From Candidatus Karelsulcia muelleri PSPU (GTDB lineage: Bacteria; Bacteroidota; Bacteroidia; Flavobacteriales; Blattabacteriaceae): DNA of 32,000 bases. This document shows positions 1 to 9,259 of this stretch, piece by piece (within the stretch, counting starts at the first letter, position 1; every line of letters starts with the position of its first letter). The stretch spans positions 30,001 through 62,000 of the forward strand of contig NZ_AP013293.1 of assembly GCF_000829155.1 (NCBI RefSeq), given 5' to 3'. The position numbers were made by a program, and so were the translations under genes. The notes beneath the pieces are model-generated. The model searched no databases and had not been told where the DNA came from. It saw only the letters and a list, made by a program, of their open reading frames with translations.

Positions 1-19
1 TATATTTTAAAAATATATT

Positions 20-1809
20 TTAAAATTTTAAAATTGAAATAAAAGCAGATTGAGGTATATCTACCCAACCAATTGTTCTCATTTTTTTTTTACCCTTTTT
101 TTGTTTTTCTAATAATTTACGTTTTCTAGTAACATCTCCTCCATAACATTTAGAAATAACATTTTTACGAAGTGATCTAATGGTTTCTCTAGAAATAATT
201 TTTTTACCTATAGCTGCTTGAATAGGTATTTCAAATTGTTGTTTTGGAATTATTTTACTAAGGTTGTTACATATTTTTTTTCCTATTGAAAAAGAATTTT
301 TTATATGTACTAATGTTGATAAAGCATCTACAATTTTTCCATTTATTAAAATATCAATTTTAACCATATCTGATTTTCTATACTCTAAATGAGTATAATC
401 AAAAGAAGCATAACCCTTAGATAGGGTTTTTAATTTATCATAAAAATCAAAAATAATCTCAGAAAGAGGTAATTCAAAAATAAGTTCCACTCTATTATTA
501 GTGATATATGATTGATTTTTTATTACTCCTCTTTTTTCAATACATAATTGCATTATTCCCCCTATGTATTTAGCAATAGTTATTATATAAGCTTTTATAT
601 AAGGTTCTTCAATTTTTTCTAATTGATTTTTATCAGGTAAATCATAAGGATTATTAATTAATAATGGATTTTTTGAACTCTTTTTTAAATAAGCATTATA
701 ATGTACATTTGGAAGAGTAGTAATAACATCTATATTATATTCACGTTCAAGTCTTTCTTTCATTATTTCCATATGTAGCATACCTAAAAAACCACATCTA
801 AAACCAGTTCCTAGCGCATAGGATGTTTCTGGTGTAAATGATAAAGAAGAATCATTTAAATGTAATTTTGCTATAGCAATTCTTAATTCTTTATATTTTT
901 CATTTTCTCTAGGATATATTCCTGCAAATAACATTGGTTTTACTTCTTTAAATCCTCCTATAGGTTTTTTTGCTGGATTTTTAACTTCTGTTAATGTATC
1001 TCCTACTTTTACTTCAGAAGGATTTTTTATTCCAGCAATTAAATAACCTACATTACCTGCATTAAGCATTTTTTTTTTTATATTTTTTAATTTAAATATT
1101 CCAATTTCCTCAACATTATAAACATTATTTGTTGACATAAACTTTATTTTTTGACCTGTTTTTAGAGTACCATTTTTAATACGAAAATATGTTTGTACAC
1201 CTCTAAATGTATTATATATAGAATCAAATATAATAGCTTGTAAAGGAAGTTTAATATCTCCCTTAGGAGCTGGAATTCTACTAATAATAGAATTTAATAT
1301 ATTTTTTATACCTATTCCTTTTTTAGCACTTGTACAAATTATATCATCTTGATTACATCCTAATAATTCTATTATATCATTTTTTACTAACTCAATATTA
1401 GAATTAGGTAAATCTATTTTATTTATAATAGGAATTATAGTAAGGTCTTTTGATAAAGCAAGATATAAATTAGAAATTGTTTGGGATTGTATGCTTTGAG
1501 TTGCATCTATTATAAGTAAAGCACCTTCACAAGCTGATATAGACTAGATACTTCATAAGAAAAATCAACATGACCTGGTGTATCAATTAAATTTAGTATA
1601 TATTTTTTTTCATTATATTCATACTCCATTTGAATTGGATGACTTTTTATTGTAATTCCTCTTTCTCTTTCTAGATCCATACTATCAAGTAATTGATTTT
1701 TTTTTTCTTTTATTGATATAGTATTAGTAAATTCTAATAAACGATCAGCTAATGTGCTTTTACCATGATCTATATGAGCAATAATACAAAAATTTCTTAT
1801 ATAATTCAT
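20..1809 (-). pseudogene. lepA: Elongation factor 4 (LepA), interrupted by one 1-nt frameshift near 1544-1546; otherwise full length (about 596 codons)
   Basis: Minus strand. ORF 1510..1809 gives [23 protein letters not shown] (G1) and [13 protein letters not shown] (G3), then loses sense. Shifting one base at 1544-1546 gives [22 protein letters not shown]...IPIINKIDLP (G4). I hand-translated 1139..1543 and found no stop. That frame is continuous with track ORF 20..1138 (GFRCGFLGMLHMEI, LepA C-terminal domain). Confidence 0.8.
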
Positions 1810-2874
1810 TTAAATTAATTTATTTATTTTTAATGATAAATCTAAAAATACTATTTTAACCATAGCATGATTTTCTATATCGTAAATAGCTTTATTTATT
1901 TCCATGCTTATTTTTTCTATATTTTTTGTATTTATATAAATACAAAAATTATACCAATTAAATTTATTATAAGTAATAGGTATTTCTTTTATTAAAAGAT
2001 TATTATAATTATATATAAAAGCTTTTCTAAAAATTTCTAATAAAAATAGAAAAAATTTTTTTTTTTTTTCTTTACTAAAAAAATTTATTTGATTTGAAAA
2101 ATCAATTATTTTATTTAAAATAAAAAATTTTTTTTTAAGTAAAAATAAATGCCTTATCCAGGTAACAAAATTAATTTCTAAATATTTTTCTTGTATATTA
2201 TTTAATTTTTTTAAAGCTTTATTTAAATTTCCTTCTGATTTCGATGCTATCAATTTTGATTGATATCTATCAATATAGAATTTTTTTTCTAAATATATTT
2301 TTATATAATTAAAAGAATATTTATTAAAACGTATAATATTAACTCTAGATTTTATAGTTGGTAATATTAAATTGTCATTTACACCAACTAATATAAAAAT
2401 TGTTTTTTTAGGAGTAAATTCTAAAATTTTTAGTAATTTATTACTTGAATAAAGTGTTAATTGTTCAGGCATCCATAATATTATTATTTTATATTCACTT
2501 TCATAACTTTTATAGTTAATTATATTAATAATATTATTTATCTGTTCTTTATGTATTAAACATTGTTTATAATATGATTTTATTAATTTTATCCAATCTG
2601 ATAAATCTCCGTAAGGTTTTTTTGTTAAAAACAATCTCCATTTAATTAAATAATTATTGTAAATTCCCCCTTTTGGGAAAGGAAATAAAAAATGTAAATC
2701 TGGATGTTGAATTTTTTTAAATTTTAACAAACAAGAATTATTATTTTTTTTACATAAAATTTTTTTAGAAAAATTTAAAGCTGTAATTAAATTTCCACAA
2801 CCTTCAGGACCTAAAAAAAATAAAGCATGAGGTATTTTATTTTTTTTTAATAAATTCATTATTTCACTATTCAT
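1810..2874 (-). CDS. holB: DNA polymerase III delta-prime subunit (clamp-loader AAA+ protein)
   Basis: 354 aa. HALFFLGPEGCGN is a degenerate P-loop without Lys-Thr, as in delta-prime rather than tau/gamma. LPTIKSRVNIIRF matches the SRC-type clamp-loader motif. The stop abuts the lepA start with 0 nt between them. Confidence 0.72.
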   Translation of the reverse strand: MNSEIMNLLKKNKIPHALFFLGPEGCGNLITALNFSKKILCKKNNNSCLLKFKKIQHPDLHFLFPFPKGGIYNNYLIKWRLFLTKKPYGDLSDWIKLIKSYYKQCLIHKEQINNIINIINYKSYESEYKIIILWMPEQLTLYSSNKLLKILEFTPKKTIFILVGVNDNLILPTIKSRVNIIRFNKYSFNYIKIYLEKKFYIDRYQSKLIASKSEGNLNKALKKLNNIQEKYLEINFVTWIRHLFLLKKKFFILNKIIDFSNQINFFSKEKKKKFFLFLLEIFRKAFIYNYNNLLIKEIPITYNKFNWYNFCIYINTKNIEKISMEINKAIYDIENHAMVKIVFLDLSLKINKLI

Positions 2875-2910
2875 AATTATAATAGTATATATTTAATATA
2901 AAATATATTT

Positions 2911-4155
2911 ATGCATACATATAAAAAATTAGAACTTATGGCCCCTGTAGGAAGTTTAGAATCTTTAGAAGCCGCTATTAATTCTGGAGCTGATTCTATC
3001 TATTTTGGATTAGATCAATTAAATATGCGTGCAAGATCTGCTAAAAATTTTTATATTTCTGATATTCCTTATATAGTAAAAAAATGTAATTATAATAATA
3101 TTCGTACATATTTAACAATAAATACTATTATATATGATCATGATTTTTTTTTAATAAAAAAAATAGCAAATAATGCTAAAAAATTTGGAATAGATGCAAT
3201 TATAGCAATGGATCAATCAATAATTAATTATGCTAAATCAATTGATCTAAAAGTACACATATCTACACAATTAAATATAACAAATATTGAAAGTATTAAA
3301 TTTTATTCTTTTTTTTCTGATACTATAGTATTAAGTCGTGAATTAAGTTTAATACAAATTAAAAATATTATTTCTAATATAAAAAAGAAAAATATAATAG
3401 GTCCATCAGGAAATTTAATTAAAATAGAAATATTTTGTCATGGAGCATTATGTATGGCAATTTCAGGAAAATGTTATTTAAGTTTACATTCATATAACTC
3501 TTCTGCAAATAGAGGATCATGTAAACAAAATTGTAGAAAAAAATATACATTAATAGATAAAGATAATGGATTTTCTATAGATGTTGATAATGAATATTTG
3601 ATGTCATCAAAAGATTTATGTACAATAAATTTTTTAGATAAAATTATAGATACTGGAATTAGTTTATTAAAAATAGAAGGTAGAGCGCGTTCTCCTGAAT
3701 ATGTTGCAAATACTACCTCATGTTATAGAGAAGCTATAGATTATATATTAAACAATAAAAAAATTACAAAATCTAAAATTAATTTTTGGGTTAAAAAATT
3801 AAATAGTGTTTATAATAGAGGATTTTATAGTGGTTACTATTTAGGAAAAACAATTAAAGAATGGTCTAATAAAGGAGATTACTTTTATACTAATAAAAAA
3901 ATTTATTTAGGAAAAGTAAAAAAATTTTATAAAAAATCTATGATAGGGGAATTTATAATAGAATCATTTAATTTAAAATTAAATGATAATATTTATATTA
4001 TAGGTACTAATACTGGATTAAAAAAAACTAATGTAAAATCATTAATGGTAAATGATATAAAAACTAATTTAGCATTAAAAGGAGATATTTGTACTTTTCC
4101 TATTAATTTTAATATTAAATTATCAGATAAATTATATAAAATAATTGAAAATTAA
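2911..4155 (+). CDS. Peptidase-U32 family protein (PrtC/YegQ/TrhP-like; probably an Fe-S RNA hydroxylase rather than a protease)
   Basis: 414 aa. The U32 signature is IEIFCHGALCMAISGKCYLS followed by NRGSCKQNCRKKY, the conserved Cys set. IEGRARSPEYV is also present. Confidence 0.85.
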   Translation: MHTYKKLELMAPVGSLESLEAAINSGADSIYFGLDQLNMRARSAKNFYISDIPYIVKKCNYNNIRTYLTINTIIYDHDFFLIKKIANNAKKFGIDAIIAMDQSIINYAKSIDLKVHISTQLNITNIESIKFYSFFSDTIVLSRELSLIQIKNIISNIKKKNIIGPSGNLIKIEIFCHGALCMAISGKCYLSLHSYNSSANRGSCKQNCRKKYTLIDKDNGFSIDVDNEYLMSSKDLCTINFLDKIIDTGISLLKIEGRARSPEYVANTTSCYREAIDYILNNKKITKSKINFWVKKLNSVYNRGFYSGYYLGKTIKEWSNKGDYFYTNKKIYLGKVKKFYKKSMIGEFIIESFNLKLNDNIYIIGTNTGLKKTNVKSLMVNDIKTNLALKGDICTFPINFNIKLSDKLYKIIEN

Positions 4156-4385
4156 TGTTTATAATAAGCTTTCAAAGGAAAAAATGTATAGGTTGTAATT
4201 ATTGTATAGAATCTTCTCCATTACATTTTAAAATGTCTAAGACAGATGGAAAATCATTTTTATTAAATTCTATTAAAAAAAAAAATTTTTATATTTTAAA
4301 AACAAATAATTATTTTACATATTTAAAATGTAAAATAGCTTCTACAATATGTCCTGTTAATATAATTAAATTAATTATAAAATAA
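4155..4385 (+). CDS. Small ferredoxin-like protein (single CxxCxxC...CP cluster motif)
   Basis: 76 aa. KKCIGCNYCIESSP plus C-terminal STICPVN give four Cys in 4Fe-4S ferredoxin spacing. Its ATG overlaps the U32 stop (TAATG at 4153-4157), indicating translational coupling. Confidence 0.6.
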   Translation: MFIISFQRKKCIGCNYCIESSPLHFKMSKTDGKSFLLNSIKKKNFYILKTNNYFTYLKCKIASTICPVNIIKLIIK

Positions 4386-4390
4386 TTAAA

Positions 4391-6031
4391 TTATTTTATA
4401 TTTATTGTTTTATTAAACAACAAATTTTTGTTATTACTTTTTTTATCTAAACAAAAATATCCAATTCGTTGAAATTGAAATTTATTTTTAATAGTAGCTG
4501 TTCTTAATGCAGGTTCTGCATATGCAATTTTAGTTTTAAAAGAATCATTATTAATAAAATTAATAAAATTATTATTTTTTAATATATCAGGATTTTTTTC
4601 TATAAAAATATTTTTATATATATTTATTCTAATTTTAATAAAAAATTTTTTAGAGACCCAATGTAATGTAGATTTTATTTTTCTTTTACTTGAAGTACCA
4701 GTTTTAGATAAACTATTTTTATCATAAGTACAATATATACTTTTAATATTCCCATCTAAATTACGATATACATTATGAGCTTTTAATATATAAGCATTTT
4801 TTAAACGTACTTCTTTACCTAAAGATAATCTGAAAAAATTTTTTTTTATTTTTTCCATAAAATCGTTATTTTCTATATATAGATATTTTGAAAAAGGTAT
4901 TTTTCTATAAGTTTTTTTTATATCTTCAGGATTATTTTCAGAATTTAACCATTCTACTTTATCAGATGGATAATTTTCAATTATAATTAATATTGGATTA
5001 AATACAACCATTACTCTAGATGAAATTTTATTTAAATGTTTTCTAATACTAAATTCTAAAAGAGATATATCAATATTATTGATACGTTTTGATATACCAA
5101 TATTTTTAATAAAATTATTTATTGATTCTGGAGTATAACCTCTTCTTCTAAGTCCTGAGATAGTTGGCATTCTTGGATCATCCCATCCATTTACAATATT
5201 TTTTTTTACTAAAATTTGTAATTTTCTTTTACTTAAAATATTATAATTTAAATTTAATCTAGAAAATTCATATTGTTTAGGAATTAACTTTTTTTTTTTT
5301 ATATTATTTAAATACCAATTATATAATGGTTTATGATTTTCAAATTCAAAAGAACATAAAGAATGTGATATATTTTCTATATAATCTGATTGACCATGTG
5401 TCCAATCATAAGTAGGATATATACACCATTTATTATTTGTTCTATAATGTAATTTTTTTTTTATTATACGATACATTATAGGATCTCTAAGATTCATATT
5501 TGGTGATTTCATATCTATTTTAGCACGTAAAACACAATCACCGTCATAAAAATATCCATTTTTCATTTTTTTAAATAAAAAAATATTTTCTTTTATTGAT
5601 CTATTTCGATAGGGACTATCTATACCATATTCAAAAGTATTTTTTCTTTGTTCTTGTATTTTTTTTTTTTTTTGATCATCTACATAAGCTTTTCCATTTT
5701 TTATAATGTGTTTAGCAAAATAATAAAGTTTATAAAAATAATTAGAAGCATAAGTTTCTTTTTTACATTTAAAACCTAACCAACAAATATCTATTTTAAT
5801 AGAATCAATAAATTTTTTTTCTTCTTCTATTGGATTAGTATCATCAAATCTTAAAATTACTGAAGTTTTATATTTTTTTGCTAATTTAAAATTTAAATAA
5901 ATAGATTTAGCATGCCCAATATGTAAATAACCATTAGGTTCTGGTGGAAATCTAAAAAGTAATTTTTTTATAGGAAATCCTAATTCTAAATCTTTTTTTA
6001 TAATTTTTTCTAAAAAATTAATTTTTTTCAT
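4391..6031 (-). CDS. glnS: Glutaminyl-tRNA synthetase
   Basis: 546 aa. RFPPEPNGYLHIGHAKS is the class I HIGH motif. ILSKRKL is the KMSKS-type motif. WDDPRMPTISGLRRRGYTPESI is typical of GlnRS. Confidence 0.93.
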   Translation of the reverse strand: MKKINFLEKIIKKDLELGFPIKKLLFRFPPEPNGYLHIGHAKSIYLNFKLAKKYKTSVILRFDDTNPIEEEKKFIDSIKIDICWLGFKCKKETYASNYFYKLYYFAKHIIKNGKAYVDDQKKKKIQEQRKNTFEYGIDSPYRNRSIKENIFLFKKMKNGYFYDGDCVLRAKIDMKSPNMNLRDPIMYRIIKKKLHYRTNNKWCIYPTYDWTHGQSDYIENISHSLCSFEFENHKPLYNWYLNNIKKKKLIPKQYEFSRLNLNYNILSKRKLQILVKKNIVNGWDDPRMPTISGLRRRGYTPESINNFIKNIGISKRINNIDISLLEFSIRKHLNKISSRVMVVFNPILIIIENYPSDKVEWLNSENNPEDIKKTYRKIPFSKYLYIENNDFMEKIKKNFFRLSLGKEVRLKNAYILKAHNVYRNLDGNIKSIYCTYDKNSLSKTGTSSKRKIKSTLHWVSKKFFIKIRINIYKNIFIEKNPDILKNNNFINFINNDSFKTKIAYAEPALRTATIKNKFQFQRIGYFCLDKKSNNKNLLFNKTINIK

Positions 6032-7884
6032 ATTTTTTTTCTTAAAAAAAGAATTAATATACTTATATCTGAAGGAGATACACCACTTATTCTAGATGCT
6101 TCTCCAATAGAATTAGGTTTATAATTTATTAATTTTTCCATAGCTTCTATTGATATTGATTTAACTTTATTATAATTAAAATTATTTGGTATACGTATGT
6201 TTTCTAATCTTAACATTTTTTTTACATTTTCTTCTTCTTTTAGTAAATATCCTTTATATTTAATTAAAATAGATATTTGTTCTAAAATTTTTTTATTTAT
6301 ATTATTTTTTTTTATAAAATCTTTTATTAAAGAATATTTTATTATATCATTTATATAAATTTCTGGTCTAGATAATAAATCACATATTTTAATATTTTCT
6401 TTTTTAGATAAAAAATTATTTGCTATAATATAATTTATTTTTTTTTTTTTAAAAAAAAATAAACATTTTTTTATTTTTTTTCTTTTTTTTTCTAATTTTT
6501 TAATTCTATCAAAACTAACTAATCCTAGTTTTTCTCCAATATTAGTTAATCTTTCATCTGCATTATCTTGTCTTAATAAGATTCTATATTCAGCTCTTGA
6601 AGTAAACATTCTATATGGTTCTTCTGTTCCTTTATAAATTAAATCATCAATAAGTACACCTATATAAGCTTCATTACGTTTTATAATAAATGGTTTTTTT
6701 TCATTAATTTTTAAATTAGCATTTATTCCCGCTATTAATCCTTGTGCTGCTGCTTCTTCATATCCTGTTGTTCCATTTATTTGACCAGCAAAAAAAAGAT
6801 TTTCAATTAATTTTGTTTCTAAATTATTTTTTAATTGTGTAGGAGGAAAATAATCATATTCTATGGCATATCCTGGTCTAATCATTTTGGCCTTTTCAAA
6901 ACCAGGAATTGTAATTAATGCCTTATATTGAATTTTTTCTGGCATAGAAGTAGAAAATCCATTAATATAGACTTCTCTAGTGTTAACTCCTTCTGGTTCT
7001 ACAAATATTTGGTGATTTTCTTTATTAGAAAATCTATAAATTTTTTCTTCAATAGATGGACAATATCTAGGACCTACACATTTAATATTGCCATTAAAAA
7101 GAGGAGATTTATTAAATTTTTCACGTAATAATTTGTGAGTTTTTACATTTGTATATGTAATATAACATTTTTTTTTATTTTTTATATTTAATTTACTTAA
7201 ATAAGAAAAAGGTTCTATAGGAGAATCTCCTAATTGTTCAATCATTTTAGAATAATTTAATGAATTACCATCTAATCTAGGAGAGGTTCCAGTTTTCATT
7301 TTTCCTGATAAAAATCCCATTTTTTTTAATTTTTCTGTTAATCCTTTTACAGAATTTTCTGAAATTCTTCCACCATTATTTTTTTTATTTCCTATATGAA
7401 TAATCCCATTTAAAAATGTTCCATTTGTAAGTATTACTGATTTACTTTTAATAAAAATTCCAAAAATTGTTTTTACTCCAATTACTTTATAATTTTTAAT
7501 TATTAAATCTATCACTGTATCTTGATACAAATCTAAATTTACATTTTTTTCTAAAGTTAAACGCCATTCTTTAGAAAATTTGAATCTATCACATTGAGCT
7601 CTTGGACTCCACATTGCAGGACCTTTAGATTTATTTAACATTCTAAATTGAATTATACTTTTATCGGTTATTATTCCTGAATAACCTCCTAATGCATCAA
7701 TTTCTTTAATAATTTGTCCTTTTGCAATTCCTCCCATTGCGGGATTACAGGACATTTGTCCTATATTATATAAATTGGTTGTAATTAATAAGGTTCTTGA
7801 TCCAAGATTAGAAGCCGCTAAAGCGGCCTCTGATCCAGAATGACCACCACCTACTACAATTACATCATATTGATTAACAAACAT
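6028..7884 (-). CDS. mnmG: tRNA uridine 5-carboxymethylaminomethyl modification enzyme MnmG (GidA)
   Basis: 618 aa. YDVIVVGGGHSGSEAALAA is the FAD-binding motif. GPRYCPSIEEK and FFAGQINGTTGYEEAAAQG are MnmG hallmarks. It overlaps the glnS start by 4 nt. Confidence 0.95.
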   Translation of the reverse strand: MFVNQYDVIVVGGGHSGSEAALAASNLGSRTLLITTNLYNIGQMSCNPAMGGIAKGQIIKEIDALGGYSGIITDKSIIQFRMLNKSKGPAMWSPRAQCDRFKFSKEWRLTLEKNVNLDLYQDTVIDLIIKNYKVIGVKTIFGIFIKSKSVILTNGTFLNGIIHIGNKKNNGGRISENSVKGLTEKLKKMGFLSGKMKTGTSPRLDGNSLNYSKMIEQLGDSPIEPFSYLSKLNIKNKKKCYITYTNVKTHKLLREKFNKSPLFNGNIKCVGPRYCPSIEEKIYRFSNKENHQIFVEPEGVNTREVYINGFSTSMPEKIQYKALITIPGFEKAKMIRPGYAIEYDYFPPTQLKNNLETKLIENLFFAGQINGTTGYEEAAAQGLIAGINANLKINEKKPFIIKRNEAYIGVLIDDLIYKGTEEPYRMFTSRAEYRILLRQDNADERLTNIGEKLGLVSFDRIKKLEKKRKKIKKCLFFFKKKKINYIIANNFLSKKENIKICDLLSRPEIYINDIIKYSLIKDFIKKNNINKKILEQISILIKYKGYLLKEEENVKKMLRLENIRIPNNFNYNKVKSISIEAMEKLINYKPNSIGEASRISGVSPSDISILILFLRKKI

Positions 7885-8299
7885 ATTTTTTATTAAAAAT
7901 AAATATATAAAAATTTTCTTTTTTATACATTATTTTTTTTTCAAATTTATTTTTATCTTTATATCCTATTAAATGGAAACAAGCATGTATCATTACACGT
8001 TTTAATTCATTAAAAAATAATTTTTTAAATTTAAAAGAATTATATTTAATTCTTTTTATACTAATAAATATATCTCCATATAAATTTTTATTTTCATAAT
8101 TTACAAAAGTAATAACATCTGTATAATAATTTTTATTAAGATATTTTTTATTAATATTAATTAAATAATTATCATCACAAAAAATAAAATTTAATTCTTT
8201 AATATTTTTTTTTTCTTTACTTACAACAAAAAAAATAAATTTTGAAAAAAAAATTTCATTATATAAATGAAATATTGTTTCATAATAATAATTTATCAT
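7874..8299 (-). CDS. ybeY: Endoribonuclease YbeY (rRNA maturation factor)
   Basis: 141 aa. FIFCDDNYLININKKYLNKNYYTDVITF and the metal motif HACFHLIGYKD match YbeY. Its 3' end overlaps the mnmG start by 11 nt. Confidence 0.8.
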   Translation of the reverse strand: MINYYYETIFHLYNEIFFSKFIFFVVSKEKKNIKELNFIFCDDNYLININKKYLNKNYYTDVITFVNYENKNLYGDIFISIKRIKYNSFKFKKLFFNELKRVMIHACFHLIGYKDKNKFEKKIMYKKENFYIFIFNKKYVC

Positions 8300-8302
8300 A
8301 TT

Positions 8303-8998
8303 ATGTTATATATTGTTCCTACCCCTATAGGAAATTTAGAAGATATAACTTTTAGAGCAATTCGTATTCTTAAAAAAGTAGATTTTATTTTAACAGAAAA
8401 TACTATTAATTCTAAAAAATTATTAAATTTTTATAATATAAATAATAATTTAAAATCATATCATTCATATAATGAATATAAAATTATATTAAATATAATT
8501 TTATTTTTAAAAAAAGGAAATCATATAGCTTTAATTGCTGATGCAGGTACACCAATTATATCTGATCCAGGATTTTTATTAGTAAGACATTGTATAAAAA
8601 ATAATATAAAAGTTTCTTGTATTCCAGGAGCTACTGCTTTTATACCAGCATTAATAAATTCAGGTTTTAATATAAATGAATTTACATTTATTGGTTTTTT
8701 ACCGCATAAACAATTTAAAAAAAAAAAAATAAAAATTCTTTGTAAAGAGAATAGAACCATTATTATTTATGAAAGTCCTTATAGGATTTTAAATACTTTA
8801 TATATAATAAAAAAATATATAGGAAATATAAATAAAAAAATCTCTCTTTGTAGAGAAATTTCTAAAAAATTTGAAGAAACTATTATAGGAAATATAAATG
8901 ATATAATTTTTTATTTTGAAAATAAAAAACCAAAAGGAGAGTTTGTTCTCTTATTAGAAGGTAAGAAATTAAGTTGTAATAATCCGTTAAATTATTAA
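8303..8998 (+). CDS. rsmI: 16S rRNA (cytidine1402-2'-O)-methyltransferase RsmI
   Basis: MLYIVPTPIGNLEDITFRA and DAGTPIISDPGFLLV are RsmI motifs. I prefer the ATG at 8303 over the track start 8267, because homologues begin just before the PTPIGN motif and 8267 would overlap ybeY. Confidence 0.85.
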   Translation: MLYIVPTPIGNLEDITFRAIRILKKVDFILTENTINSKKLLNFYNINNNLKSYHSYNEYKIILNIILFLKKGNHIALIADAGTPIISDPGFLLVRHCIKNNIKVSCIPGATAFIPALINSGFNINEFTFIGFLPHKQFKKKKIKILCKENRTIIIYESPYRILNTLYIIKKYIGNINKKISLCREISKKFEETIIGNINDIIFYFENKKPKGEFVLLLEGKKLSCNNPLNY

Positions 8999-9063
8999 CA
9001 ATATATAAACTTATCTAACCTACTATTATTTTTTTTAAAAAAAAATCCTTTACATAAAAAATG

Positions 9064-9134
9064 AGGCACTGAGCGGATTTGAACCGCTGTAAGAGGTTTT
9101 GCAGACCTTTGCCTTGCCACTCGGCCACAGTGCC
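9064..9134 (-). tRNA. tRNA-Cys (anticodon GCA), 71 nt, no encoded CCA
   Basis: Reverse complement folded by hand: GGCACTG TG GCC GAGTGGCAA GGC A AAGGT CTGCAAA ACCTC TTAC AGCGG TTCAAAT CCGCT CAGTGCC T. The acceptor stem is a perfect 7 bp and the T-arm is 5 bp with a TTCAAAT loop. The anticodon loop is CT-GCA-AA. This is the most G/C-rich island in the window. Confidence 0.9.
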
Positions 9135-9259
9135 AAATTAAAAATTTTAACAAAAGTAGTATAAAATATACTATTAATTTTTAAAATTATTTATAATATA
9201 ATAAATTTTTTTTTTAAAATTACTTATATTAATAGTAATTAAATTAAATATTTTTTTTT

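Noticed and set aside
1139-1809. Treating track ORFs 20..1138 and 1510..1809 as two separate genes with a 371-nt spacer
   Set aside because: The supposed spacer translates without stops into the missing LepA G-domain and domain II sequence, in the same frame as 20..1138. It is one gene with one frameshift.
6928-7128. Track ORFs antisense to or nested in strong genes: 6928..7128, 8521..8760, 10083..10298, 16500..16721, 17199..17441, 18550..18855, 18959..19231, 24821..25066, 25314..25739 and 30845..31090
   Set aside because: Each lies opposite a gene with unmistakable conserved motifs (mnmG, rsmI, prs/rplY, atpA, atpE/atpF, atpB, SpoU methyltransferase, leuB, tyrS). Their products are low-complexity, so I treat them as shadow ORFs.
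7950-8000. The third metal-binding His of YbeY is replaced by Asp (HACFHLIGYKD versus HGxLHLxGYDH)
   Set aside because: I recall a GYKD(K) variant as the usual form in Bacteroidota YbeY, and Asp can still ligate zinc. It is more likely a lineage signature than a loss of function. I cannot verify this without an alignment.
8267-8302. Upstream start for rsmI at 8267 as given in the ORF track
   Set aside because: The extra 12 residues (MKYCFIIIIYHI) have no counterpart in RsmI and would overlap the ybeY start. The ATG at 8303 sits immediately before the conserved PTPIGN motif.
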